Shown here: positions 23,434 to 33,000 of the stretch, one piece after another
How the letters are laid out: each line of letters begins with the position of its first letter
Position numbering within the stretch: the stretch's first letter is position 1
DNA from: Dicyema japonicum
Lineage: Eukaryota; Animalia; Dicyemida
Direction: 5' to 3'
Length of the DNA stretch: 33,000 nt
NCBI GenBank assembly: GCA_011109175.1
Contig: RDEW01000053.1
Span: forward strand, 257,662 to 290,661
Made by a program: the position numbers and the translations under genes
The notes under the pieces: model-generated
Seen by the model: only the letters and a program-made list of their open reading frames with translations
Databases searched by the model: none
What the model was told of the DNA's origin: nothing

Positions 23434-23735
23434 TTAACAACTGGTGGCTGCTCTCATAATTGAAAACGCATTTCTCTCTACGATTTGCAAGGAAATGCGC
23501 TCAATGAGCCAGCTCTTTTCTCTCTTATCGTTTTTCTTCTTTGCGATGTGACCTGCTTCCAATGATTCCTGTCGTTTCGACTGCCACCGGTCGAAGATTA
23601 AGTGTCCTCCAAGACATGCGTTTTTTATCAATAGGTTTTCAGCCTTTTCTGAAACAGAGTATGGGTTAGTTCCTGTCGTTGAAAGGTTGGAGGGAGAGAG
23701 GCTATCGATACAGGTGGCGTCCCAAACAAATTAAA
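23434..23735 (-). mobile_element. CRE-clade 3' fragment, tail-to-tail with the previous element
   Basis: WDATCIDS..AEN..WLIERISLQIVERNAFSIM. Confidence 0.85.
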
Positions 23736-24074
23736 ACGAGTAAATTCACTAATTAACCGTATTCTAATCCTGATCGTTGGTAATCCATCTACTTCTCTTA
23801 GAAGATAAGTGTGCCATCAACTCTTTATAATTTTTTATATCCACATCAGAGTCAGTCTAAATATCTCTGTTTGAGTCCAGTGGGATGTCCTCACAGCATG
23901 TATGTTTATAAATTTATTCAATTAAATATTATTCGTATTCATAGAATTGATGACCACAATTACTTACACGAATACTACTAAATGTAAAATAATTTAATTC
24001 TTTTTTAATCATTATTGGTTGAGGTGGTAACGACGCCTCTATTGCACTATGTCTTATTCGTATTCCTTACCGAC

Positions 24075-24300
24075 TTCTCCTTCACTCTGGGATCTTTTAA
24101 TAAAGGAATCAAACAGCCTTACAAGAAACAACAACTGGTATGCGATCTAACAAAATACGACGTCTGTCTGTTGTCTACAGAGACAAAAACGACCGTACAA
24201 TTTACAGAACTGTTTAGAAAATTCCACCCCCAGGAAATAATCTGTTGTCATATGGGAAAAATATAATCTATTTGATGTCTTCCTGAAATTGGAATCCGTG
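24075..24300 (+). mobile_element. APE N-terminus of an RTE-type LINE
   Basis: FTLGSFN..KKQQLVCDLTKYDVCLLSTETK corresponds to APE domains I-II. Confidence 0.65.
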
Positions 24301-24559
24301 TTAATGTAGAAATGAATGGAAGGAACTATGCAATAGAAAGTAATTTTATGACATGCTAGTGAGTAGAAAAAATTGAAGGTATGGAAAATTGTTATTAGGG
24401 TGATATCTTATAGAATACTTAATGCTTTTTAATGATTTAGTTGTTTCGTAAGTTGTCCCTGTGATGGCATTATTGGATCCATCTTACTAAGGAGATGCCC
24501 AACGAGGCACATGCAAATGAGAAACATGGCTCAATGTGATGGCCTTTTCCGATTCACTA

Positions 24560-26420
24560 TGATCCAATTCTCAATTATTTAGGCTTTGAAACGGTCAAGA
24601 GTAATTTTATTCTTTCCGTGGTCTTCCGGATTTCCCGATCTCACGAATCCAAAACAATATCGTCTACATAAAAAGAAAAAACTTTTTATTGAATTCTGGA
24701 GTTGAGAAATTGGCCAGAAAAAAGTTAAACAGAGTAGGGGATAACGGAGATCCTTGAGAGACTCCATTGGGGGAGACATGATATGGAATTCGGACCTCGA
24801 AGGCATACAAGTCCCTTTTGTCCATTTAGGAAGTTAATGATTGAGCTTTCCTGCATCTCGAGATTAAAGATTTGCCTGTTAAGTATTTTCCTTGAAACAG
24901 AGTCGGACGCCTTGTCGATATCAATTGAGCAAAGCACTGTTTTCTAATGTCTTAGCTTATTTTAAAATCCATCTCGAATGAAATTGGTCAATGTTTGTAT
25001 TGGGTAGACGTAGATCTTTTTTGAATCCAGACTGAAAAGGTATATCTGATGAGAACTTATTTATTCTCCTTAGCCAAGTCTCTCTAGGATTTTAGATATG
25101 GAGCATAGTAGAGAACAGGTCAAAATGACGCTGGGTCATGTTTTGGTCTTCCAGGTTTTAGTATTCCGAATATGTCTCTTTTCAAGAATAACGGTATCAC
25201 ATTTGATTAATCGAATAGTTGAAGATCGACGTTATGAAGGTAACTCCCACGTCTCCGATTCTTAAATATGATAACTGTAAAGTTATTAGGTCTGTTAGTG
25301 TATGTTCTTGTGAAGCATAGTGTATTTTCACATCTTTTTCCTAAAAGTAGAGCTGATCTGATATCCTTTTTCTTATTTCTGTGTGATAAGAGAGGTGCAT
25401 CCGACTTCTTGTGTTCCTTTTATGAAATCCTTTTGAACGTAATCTCCTCTGATAAAATTTACTTGCCTTTGTAACGTTTCGAACAGCTTTTTACACATTG
25501 CCCTCGTAAGATTTCAATTTACTGTTGTAAACACACAATCCTACTTCAAACTTTGGGCCTTTAGTTTTTTTTACCTTTATTTCATTATCCAATGCTCTGA
25601 TCCTGCGTTTCACTTCTAAGATGATTCAATTAGATTTTTTGAGATACCGACCTCTCGACGAATTTAATCGACGTTTTGGTATAGCCATTGATCTTGCTTC
25701 TAAGATTATTCGGGTAAAGTAGGTGATCATTTATCCAGAGAACTGAAGCTATCCACGTAATGATTCTTCAGTCTGTCGTCCGATATTGCGCAATAAAATT
25801 TTCAGTCGACACCTTTGTAATTGTAGCTACTAGGAATTCTCCCTACTTGATCTTTACCACAATCGGATAATAATTAGCACATTCGCGTTGTTTACTGGTA
25901 ACGCGATGTGCTTTAACTAGCTAACTGTTTCATAGAAGACTGACCTGTTTAGGTGAAAGTGATGAGGAGCAGAGTGTTACGTTACAGTAGGTAGGCTGAT
26001 CCGTCACTCTGAGTGGTGACCTTGTATTTTTGATGGGTCATTCAAAATAGGATACGTTTGCGATAACTATAGATCCCCTCTTATAGCCATAAGACGGTAT
26101 TTTGCATTCAGATTCCTACAGATGATGATCTCATCGAAGGTAGCCAGTCTTGATAGGTTTGGCATAGCCTTTCAAAAAGGAACCAGGAAGCGGAACGTAA
26201 AGGTTCACAAGGTATAGTCTTCCTTTCGTTGTCCCTAGTAAGATTCCAATTTTTTTGTTAACCTCATTATCTTCAACGAGTTTACTCACCACCGAGGAAA
26301 TGTTTCTGCCTTTCAGGTTCTTTTTGAATAAATTGAGCAGGCTTCCAACTCTTCTCACTTCACAATCTGTCCTAATAACCTTGTAACCTGTAGAATGTAA
26401 GGGAAGGGTCATTTAAAGTG
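24560..26420 (-). mobile_element. Degenerate LINE ORF2 (APE plus RT)
   Basis: GYKVIRTD..LYLVNLYVP (APE), ILKPGRPKHDPAS, SIDIDKASDSV, PQWS..SPTLFNFF and FYVDDIV. Confidence 0.85.
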
Positions 26421-26529
26421 ATTTTGCTCCAGGGAGCATGAATGCCCGAATAATCGGTATCGATGCCAATTCCACCTTAGGAGTGCCCGAATAATTTCCA
26501 GTGACACCTTCAGGTTTACACCCGCATTT

Positions 26530-27400
26530 CTTGTAGATTCTGGTCGGCCAGTCTATTCCTGTTATTTTTCTCAGATAGATCCTATCGAACGAGACCAGCC
26601 TCTTTATTTCCTCTTTTGAGGTAACCCAAGTCTCAGCTGTTTATAGCAGAATGTAACGGTTGCCGGGCAAGTGGCCTTAAGGTCGCAAGTTCGAATCCCG
26701 ATAATGTACATTTCTGTTGAAGGTTCCACGCATCTCTATGCTTTGGCTTGACAAGTGACGCCGTCTACTGCGGAACCGGATCGTCTATATAGGACAAATA
26801 CCCAACAAAAAGAAAAAAAAGTGAAGAGCATTCCTTGATTCTCCTCGTCGACTAGTTAGGATAACTGTTCTATGTTTAAAATAAAGTGTGTGTTCTGCCT
26901 GAGGGAACGATAGCTGATATGGCTCCTCGGAAAGTGCATTGTTTTTTGTTTTTTCTTAAGTATATCCGGTGCTTTATAGATGTTCCAAAAGCGCTCAATT
27001 TTCTGAAAATGAGTCGACGTCGTCTGCATAGATTAATTTTTCTTTTCTCTCTTGGTATAGTGGTCTGAGTTGCCTCATATACCGTGAACAGTATGGGAAA
27101 GAGTCGTCTTGAGGGACGCCTGTATTTGTGTTAAATTTTCTTGTGTTGGTTTTTCCCACTCTCAACAAAAATCTCAGTATTGTTAGTAGAATTCTAATCA
27201 TTCTTATAATTGATTCATCGAGAAATTGCTTCAGTACCTCCATTAGTTATGAGTCTGTCAATTGGACAATTGTCCTGTCGGCCAAATGTCCTAGTACCAA
27301 CTTGATAGCGCTGATGATCGGTATTTGCTTGATTTACATGCTGTGTGTTATAGTCAACCCGTCGTGAAACTCGGACCAAGGAGATTATCATACTAGCAAT
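26530..27400 (-). mobile_element. RTE-type RT, interrupted by SINE B
   Basis: TNTGVPQDDS and LIYADDVD; beyond the SINE, AETWVTSKEEIKRLVSFDRIYLRKITGIDWPTRI. Confidence 0.85.
26657..26867 (+). mobile_element. tRNA-derived SINE, family B, within an RTE LINE
   Basis: B box GTTCGAATCC at 26689-26698; the A-box segment is deleted relative to the 8383 copy. RTE RT sequence lies on both sides. Confidence 0.75.
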
Positions 27401-27789
27401 TACACGCGTCGCAATGAAAGTGAATAGATGTCACGGTTCAGTTGGAAACATAAATCTATCTTATACTACAGTTGTAGAGAGAGTGATAGCTAGTGCGTTA
27501 AGACCCAAAAAAATGGCTAATTATACCTGGTTAAGATAAAGCCAGGGAAACAATGGTGGAGTTCCATCGCGGTTCTGACGTCCTCCAAATTTTGTGGCAG
27601 ATGAGATTCGAAGCATAGTGATCCGATACTTCCTTGCTTTGAGACATTGTGCATTTAATGCCTCATGAATAGCTCAAAACTAAATGACATTGCACATTTC
27701 CAGAAATTGTCAACAAATATAAAGTGGATGGAAATTGTTGGTCACTTTCTACAGTTGAACATTGACGCTCTGGGAAATTAAATGAACAG

Positions 27790-28080
27790 TCGGCAGAGGG
27801 TCATATAGCGGCCTCCCTGACTGCATGGTTATTCTGTCTCAGGATGGCGAGCGAGATTCGCTCTAAGTTCTGTCACATTTGATTTTTTTCTTGAAAGACA
27901 GAGAAATTCTTTTCTTAAGTTCTCGGTCTCAGAACCAGTTTTGAGTCAGACTATCTGATTGTTTAATGAGTTGGCAGTCCTCAGGAAATTTTTAATTCTT
28001 CAAAGGTTATTAACTGCACTCTTACGCTAAGTCATATTATGTCCGCTCAGACAGGATACAAAATTAATTTAAGGAAAGAA
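27790..28080 (-). mobile_element. CRE-clade 3' end
   Basis: GAGCGAATCTCGCTCGCCATCCTGAGA (ERISLAILR) matches 23390-23416 at all but one base. Confidence 0.7.
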
Positions 28081-28588
28081 CAGTTTCTGATAAATAATCG
28101 CAGTGGGAGAACCAATGAATGATCTTCACTTATTTTTTCTGAGCGATAGATTTGAAATTAGGAGAGATGATTCTCTTATTTGTTTCCAGGAGTTTGGTCA
28201 ATTTATCTACCGAAGAACGGGACATAGCCAATGACCAGACTACATTGCCGAAAGTCAATACTAGCCTGATAAATTGTCTGTAGATAGCTGTGAGGAATCC
28301 AGCTTTGTTTCCAAGACGTTTTGCTCATAGATTCAGAATGTTAACATTTGATTTTTTTGTTTCTTATAATTCGTAAAATTTCAAAAAATATTAAATTTAT
28401 TAAGTTATGATAAAAAAAAACTTATAAATAATAATAAATAATTTGGCACCATTTATAATTTTTTCGATGTGGGACGATAACATTTCTGATCAGATAAACA
28501 ATAAATTTGACGATGGCGAGGTCCCCACGTTGGAGTCTTCAAAAAACCCGATAAATTTAAAGAGACTGAAGTCAGAGAGAACTCTTCC

Positions 28589-29424
28589 ATGTGTAACTTG
28601 GAGATTCCCGAACTTTTGAGACGACTATCTGATGTTCCCGCTTCTGAGATATTTCTCTCTAACACGGAAAATCTATCTGAAGACTATCTACTGACGTGTA
28701 AACGCTACATTGAAGAGCTAAACGTTAGTCTTTTTCAAAATATGACACTTATTGGTGTGGATGTGGGCCTTCAGAGGGTTGCCATTTCCTTTGATCTGAT
28801 CACAGATTGGACTAACAAGGTATCAGAACTAAATCGTATTCTGAGTGAAAAGAAGTGCTCTCTTTTGAACTGTCTTAGTACTGAAATGAATTTGATACAT
28901 GTGGAGAATAAACAGTTTCCTATTATGACTGAGGCCGACAGTTTCAGCGACATTGCAGGCAAACTCAGTCATATGCGAAGAAATCGATTAAAAATGATCG
29001 AATTCACGAGTTATGTTGACAAGTGGAAGGAGTTTATGTCTTCCATAATTGAGATTGAATCCAAATCGAATGATCCAGATCGACTTAGAAATAGAAGGGG
29101 TGTTCTTTGACGGATAATGCGCACATACAAAAATATAATAAAGAATGCGAAAAACTGCAGAATAAAATATTAGGATTTGTTATTGACGATGAGGAATTTT
29201 ATGAATATTTTCATAAACTTAAAGATATGTTTAGAAAAAACATGGCTGAAGAGAAGCAAAGGTTGCGTGATTGCAAATCATCTGGTAAGGATACCGCGAA
29301 AATGGGTAGTAAAGGACAGACTAAAAATACTCATTCTGTACTTTTTGTAGTTATTTAGATTCCATTGGCGATTAGTAATACTAAAAAGATTAGGGAAAAC
29401 GTCAAAGACAAACGTTGGATTTGA
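28589..29424 (+). CDS. PRC1/Ase1/MAP65-like microtubule-bundling protein, divergent
   Basis: VDKWKEFMSSIIEIESKSNDPDRLRNRRGVL(L) resembles the family motif W...EFERKASDPNRFxNRGGxLL. The ORF continues in 29107-29358 if one T is added at 29106-29108. A possible 21-nt intron at 29338-29358 extends it to TGA at 29422-29424. The frame is open upstream to 28511, so the start is unresolved. Confidence 0.65.
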
Positions 29425-30566
29425 TTTGCTATACGTTTAAAGTTTTGCTTTATTAAATTCGTTTTAAAAGTAAGAGTGTTTCACAACTTATGATTATGAT
29501 ATAATATTTACGTATTATTTTATCACACATTATGGTGTAATAATCCATTATTTTATACACTTTTTACAATAAGTACACATTTTATCATGATCTCTAAGTT
29601 CTGATCCGAAAAAGAAAATGCTATACTACACCTGTAGATGGTTCCAATTTCTAACAAACCTCCGTTATGGCTTCAGTTGAGTAAGGAAAAGAAAGATCCT
29701 TTTTGAATAAGTGTCGTGTATAAATCGAACCTATAGCTAAATGTTGACTCAAGCGACAACACTAATCACTGCGAGAGATAGAGACTATCAAGCAATCACT
29801 AAGTTATATAAGAAATTTTTGACACTCTGACCCTATGGTTTTTTTACCTACGACGGCTTAAGATTTCTCTCCAAATCGTTTATAGTATCGTTTACTACTT
29901 GTCAAATCAAGAATCCTTTTCAATCATACTATTATTCCACTCTATAGCACGCCAAACATCATGTGAGTCATGTAAAATATGAGGAAAACCGGGAACAATG
30001 CTCCATCTACAGAATTTACAGACAATTTTCCTGCCAGTACAGACAATTTTGACTAAGAGTAAACGTGGTCAATATCCACATCTCATTTTTGGTCTATACA
30101 AAATCCCAGTAATCATCGGCCTCGGCCTAATTCCGACTCTATGACTTTTGAAGAATTTCTACGTGAACGAAAACGAAAATTCGTGAGGGCAGCAACCTAA
30201 CTAAACAACCACCTCTTTGACATCTCTATTCTATTTATTGAACATACAAGATGCGATCATCTAAAGGAAAAATCTGTCGTTAAACCTGCGCCTTGAAGAT
30301 CTCAGAAGGTTAGTGCTTTGGAAATGATCTGTACATGTGGAGTCCGGCAGATCTTTTATTCCATGAAATCACATAAGTCGGATTGGTCTCTACTTATTTT
30401 TTTTATTTAACCCCGGTCCTTTTAAATTGAAAAGAAATTGATGACTAGTAAGAAACGTCACAGCTACGGACGCTCCCAGAGATCCAATAAGTGTTTTTTT
30501 TGGTCTGTGCAGAGGTCGAGAAGCGGACTCGCCTCTTATTCTGGTCTTATTGGTCTCTTGTCATTT

Positions 30567-32200
30567 GAAAAATAATAATAACACCACGGTTACACAAACT
30601 AACTATTCACGTGATCCCAGTACGCTTAGCAGAGACCTCATCTTGACCTGATGCTCCTCCTCGACCGCCACAAGCACGTATCGGTCGAGTGATTGGATCT
30701 TCGCAGTCACGAAGGCGGGTTCCATGGATCATTCGTATCATGGCTTCAAGAAACATTGGTGGCTAAAACTCTCCAGAAATTCAGCGTTCCGTGATTTGAA
30801 AGCTCTTTTTCGGCTAGCCTCGATCTTCAAGACATTTTTCCAAGAGATGAATGGCTCCCAGATACCACATGCGTAAGAGATGCATTGCTCGATGTGTTGT
30901 TTGTATATTTACAGCATGATTTCCGTTCTTCTTTAAGCCTGTGAGGCACTTAAAACATTAGTTTTCTTTTCGCATTTTGTTATGTAGTTTTCAACATAGG
31001 CGAGAATGACATGTGCATGTAAAAAGTCACTCCAAGGATCCTTTGAGATCTTCTAAAAGGAATAATTTCATTTTTTGTTTTCAGTTCGACCTCTGTCTTC
31101 CCAGTCTCTTGTCTGAAGTTTGACGGACTTCTGGCTGTTGGCAACTGACGATTCTTCAATAGCTATTCGTCAAGACGATCCCGATTTTGTTGCAATCTCG
31201 AAGTGGCGATCTGGATGTCCTGATCACGTGAAGCAATTACAACATCGTTGCCATAAGTTAGAATAATATCATTTTTGGTGTCCAGTGTGGGGAGGTCCGC
31301 CATGAATAGATTGAATAATACTGGAGACAAAAGGTATCCTTGATGAAACCACTAGGAAGAAGCCGTGAAATAGATCTTGACTGGCCAATGAGACGCGTCC
31401 TCTCCGACAACTAAGAAAGTTGGCTAGTCATAGTTTAAGCTTTCCAGGAATCTTTCTTAGTTAATTTTTCCAAGTACGAATCCACATCGACAGCGTCAAA
31501 AGCTTTGTGGACGTCTATGGAACAAATTACAGTCTTCATATGTCCCGGCCTGTGAGAAAAACCATATCGTATAAAGTTAGTCAAAGCAGATAAGTAGATC
31601 GAAGTAGACCTCTCCTTTTAAAACCATGTTGAAATAACAAATCAGAGAGAAAATTTTTAATCTTCACAAGACCCAGTCTTTCCAGAATTTTCAACACCGA
31701 ACACAACAACGCGATCGGTCCTTCTTCACTTTTCCGGGTTTCAAAATTGGACGAAGGTGGGCAAGTTTCCATAAGGCAAGAATTTAATTTTTGTCGATAG
31801 ACTGGTTGCAGCGATTTCATAGTCCCCAAGATTCTCAAGGAGGATTATTGGGATCTTATCCGGTCCGCTAGAATAGGTTGTTTTAATTGCTTTCAATAAC
31901 TTTATCACGTCGTTTTCAGTAAAGTAAATCATTTCCTTTTCATTTTTCAATTTTCTGAGATATTTCTGGGGTTCATCCGACTTCGTATGGTCCTTATGGG
32001 ATATTTTCACATATTATTCTATTAGGTTATCTAACTCATATTGGCTATGATCCACCTTAGACGATCTTTCATCCTTTCTTAAAGCGGCTCAGATGATCTT
32101 CCAAATTTCTTAGTGGGTTTATTTCTATTCTATGAAGAGAACACATGCTTCGATCTCTGTGCTTTGACCTACCTGTTTTTTAATTCACTGTTCAAAGCCA
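30567..32200 (-). mobile_element. 5'-truncated, degenerate LINE (Jockey/I-like RT) with (TTA)n tail
   Basis: RT motifs in order: SSGPDKIP, PIALLCSVLKILER, FQHGF, SIDVHKAFDAVD, QGYLLSPDLFNLFMADLP, TYGND (decayed YADD), RILGVTF. A 3' UTR and TTA tail lie at ~30570-30580. Confidence 0.9.
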
Positions 32201-32343
32201 ATTGTCAGCTGATTATAAAAAGACGGTCATATATTACAGTGATACGCTGTTATGTGCAGTGTACTGCATCATTTGTTAACTAGTGCATTTAGCACACATG
32301 CATAAATTAATGTAAGTGTGGGTTATTGCTATGAAAAGGTAGA

Positions 32344-32520
32344 TGGTTGATCCTGCCAATAGTAATAAGCTTATTTTACAGATAAGCCTTTCATGAGCAA
32401 GTGCAACTTCATGCTCTCTAATGAACGAGACCGCTGACGGCTCATTAAATCAGACATAACATACTAGTTTTTGTCAAACTACGGAAATTGCTGTTATAAA
32501 TTTAGAACTAATACACATGT
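32344..32520 (+). pseudogene. Decayed 5' fragment (~180 nt) of 18S rRNA
   Basis: TGGTTGATCCTGCCA, GACGGCTCATTAAATCAG and TAGAACTAATACA occur in the order and approximate spacing of the SSU 5' end. There are many substitutions at normally invariant positions (CCAATAGTAATAAGCTTATTTTACAGAT versus CCAGTAGTCATATGCTTGTCTCAAAGAT), and similarity stops at ~32520. Confidence 0.85.
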
Positions 32521-33000
32521 AAAGCTTATTAATTCTGGTCTTATTGGTCTTTTGTTATTTAATATTAAATGATTTGGTTTATAAAATATTAATTCTAATA
32601 AAAATATAATTTTATTTATATTTACTGGATAACCTAAAAAGTAAATAAAATTTAAAACTTAAAATTAAACGAACGACAATTTACATGTTTAGTGTACGAC
32701 AACATTTACACAAACGAACTGGAAAATTTGGAATTATTTGGTAATAAACTTATAGTAATCAAAGGCTCGCTGCCACTAATTATGGAAAAATAAAGAAGAA
32801 TGACTACTGCAAGTTAGACATAGTTGAAAACTGGTTAAGATCATGATTAACATAAAGTTATGAATTGTTAGCACACATGGAAGGATTGAACCAATATAGC
32901 AGAATATCGTTGTATTTTTCGGGAAAACTATTTATTGGAATCGTTAGAATTCATTTCAAACAGATTTCGCTGTTAATCGGTAAATCATTAAGTAATAATA

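Larger units (their letters stand above)
30538..32560. repeat. 29-bp direct repeat pair (30538-30566 and 32532-32560), candidate target-site duplication
   Basis: ATTCTGGTCTTATTGGTCTCTTGTCATTT versus ATTCTGGTCTTATTGGTCTTTTGTTATTT: 27/29 identical, first 19 exact. Confidence 0.8.

Noticed and set aside
32344-32520. Functional 18S rRNA gene
   Set aside because: Only ~180 nt long, with mutations at invariant positions, and followed by AT-rich sequence with no further SSU motifs.
1-33000. CRISPR array, complete tRNA, 5S or SL RNA gene, telomeric repeat
   Set aside because: No regularly spaced repeat-spacer units, full cloverleaf or recognisable SL/Sm structure was seen. A covariance-model scan would be needed to exclude divergent RNAs.

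Overview
This is eukaryotic, probably animal, nuclear DNA. There is no sign of prokaryotic genes or CRISPR. Two host genes are clear: an SLC16/monocarboxylate-transporter-type MFS gene (minus strand, <1-~895) and cactin (4322-6254, plus). A PRC1/Ase1/MAP65-like gene is likely at ~28589-29424. The first two are split by 22-28 nt GT-AG introns, which together with the standard genetic code points to a dicyemid mesozoan or a similarly miniaturised lineage (inference). Almost everything else is decayed, nested transposon sequence: APE-RT LINEs (RTE-type and Jockey/I-like), five CRE-type fragments, two SINE-like families, pogo-like TIRs and other inverted-repeat elements. The most notable structure is 30567-32531. 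It holds a 5'-truncated LINE plus an oppositely oriented, decayed 18S rRNA 5' fragment, and a 29-bp direct repeat brackets both. This fits capture of pre-rRNA in one retrotransposition event. Other points of interest are a depletion of 3n-length introns, a 3' motif shared by LINEs and a SINE, and a 2A-like DIKPNPGP motif. Five 1-nt deletions in short homopolymer runs inside conserved genes look like sequencing errors. All alignments were done by eye and transposon boundaries are approximate.
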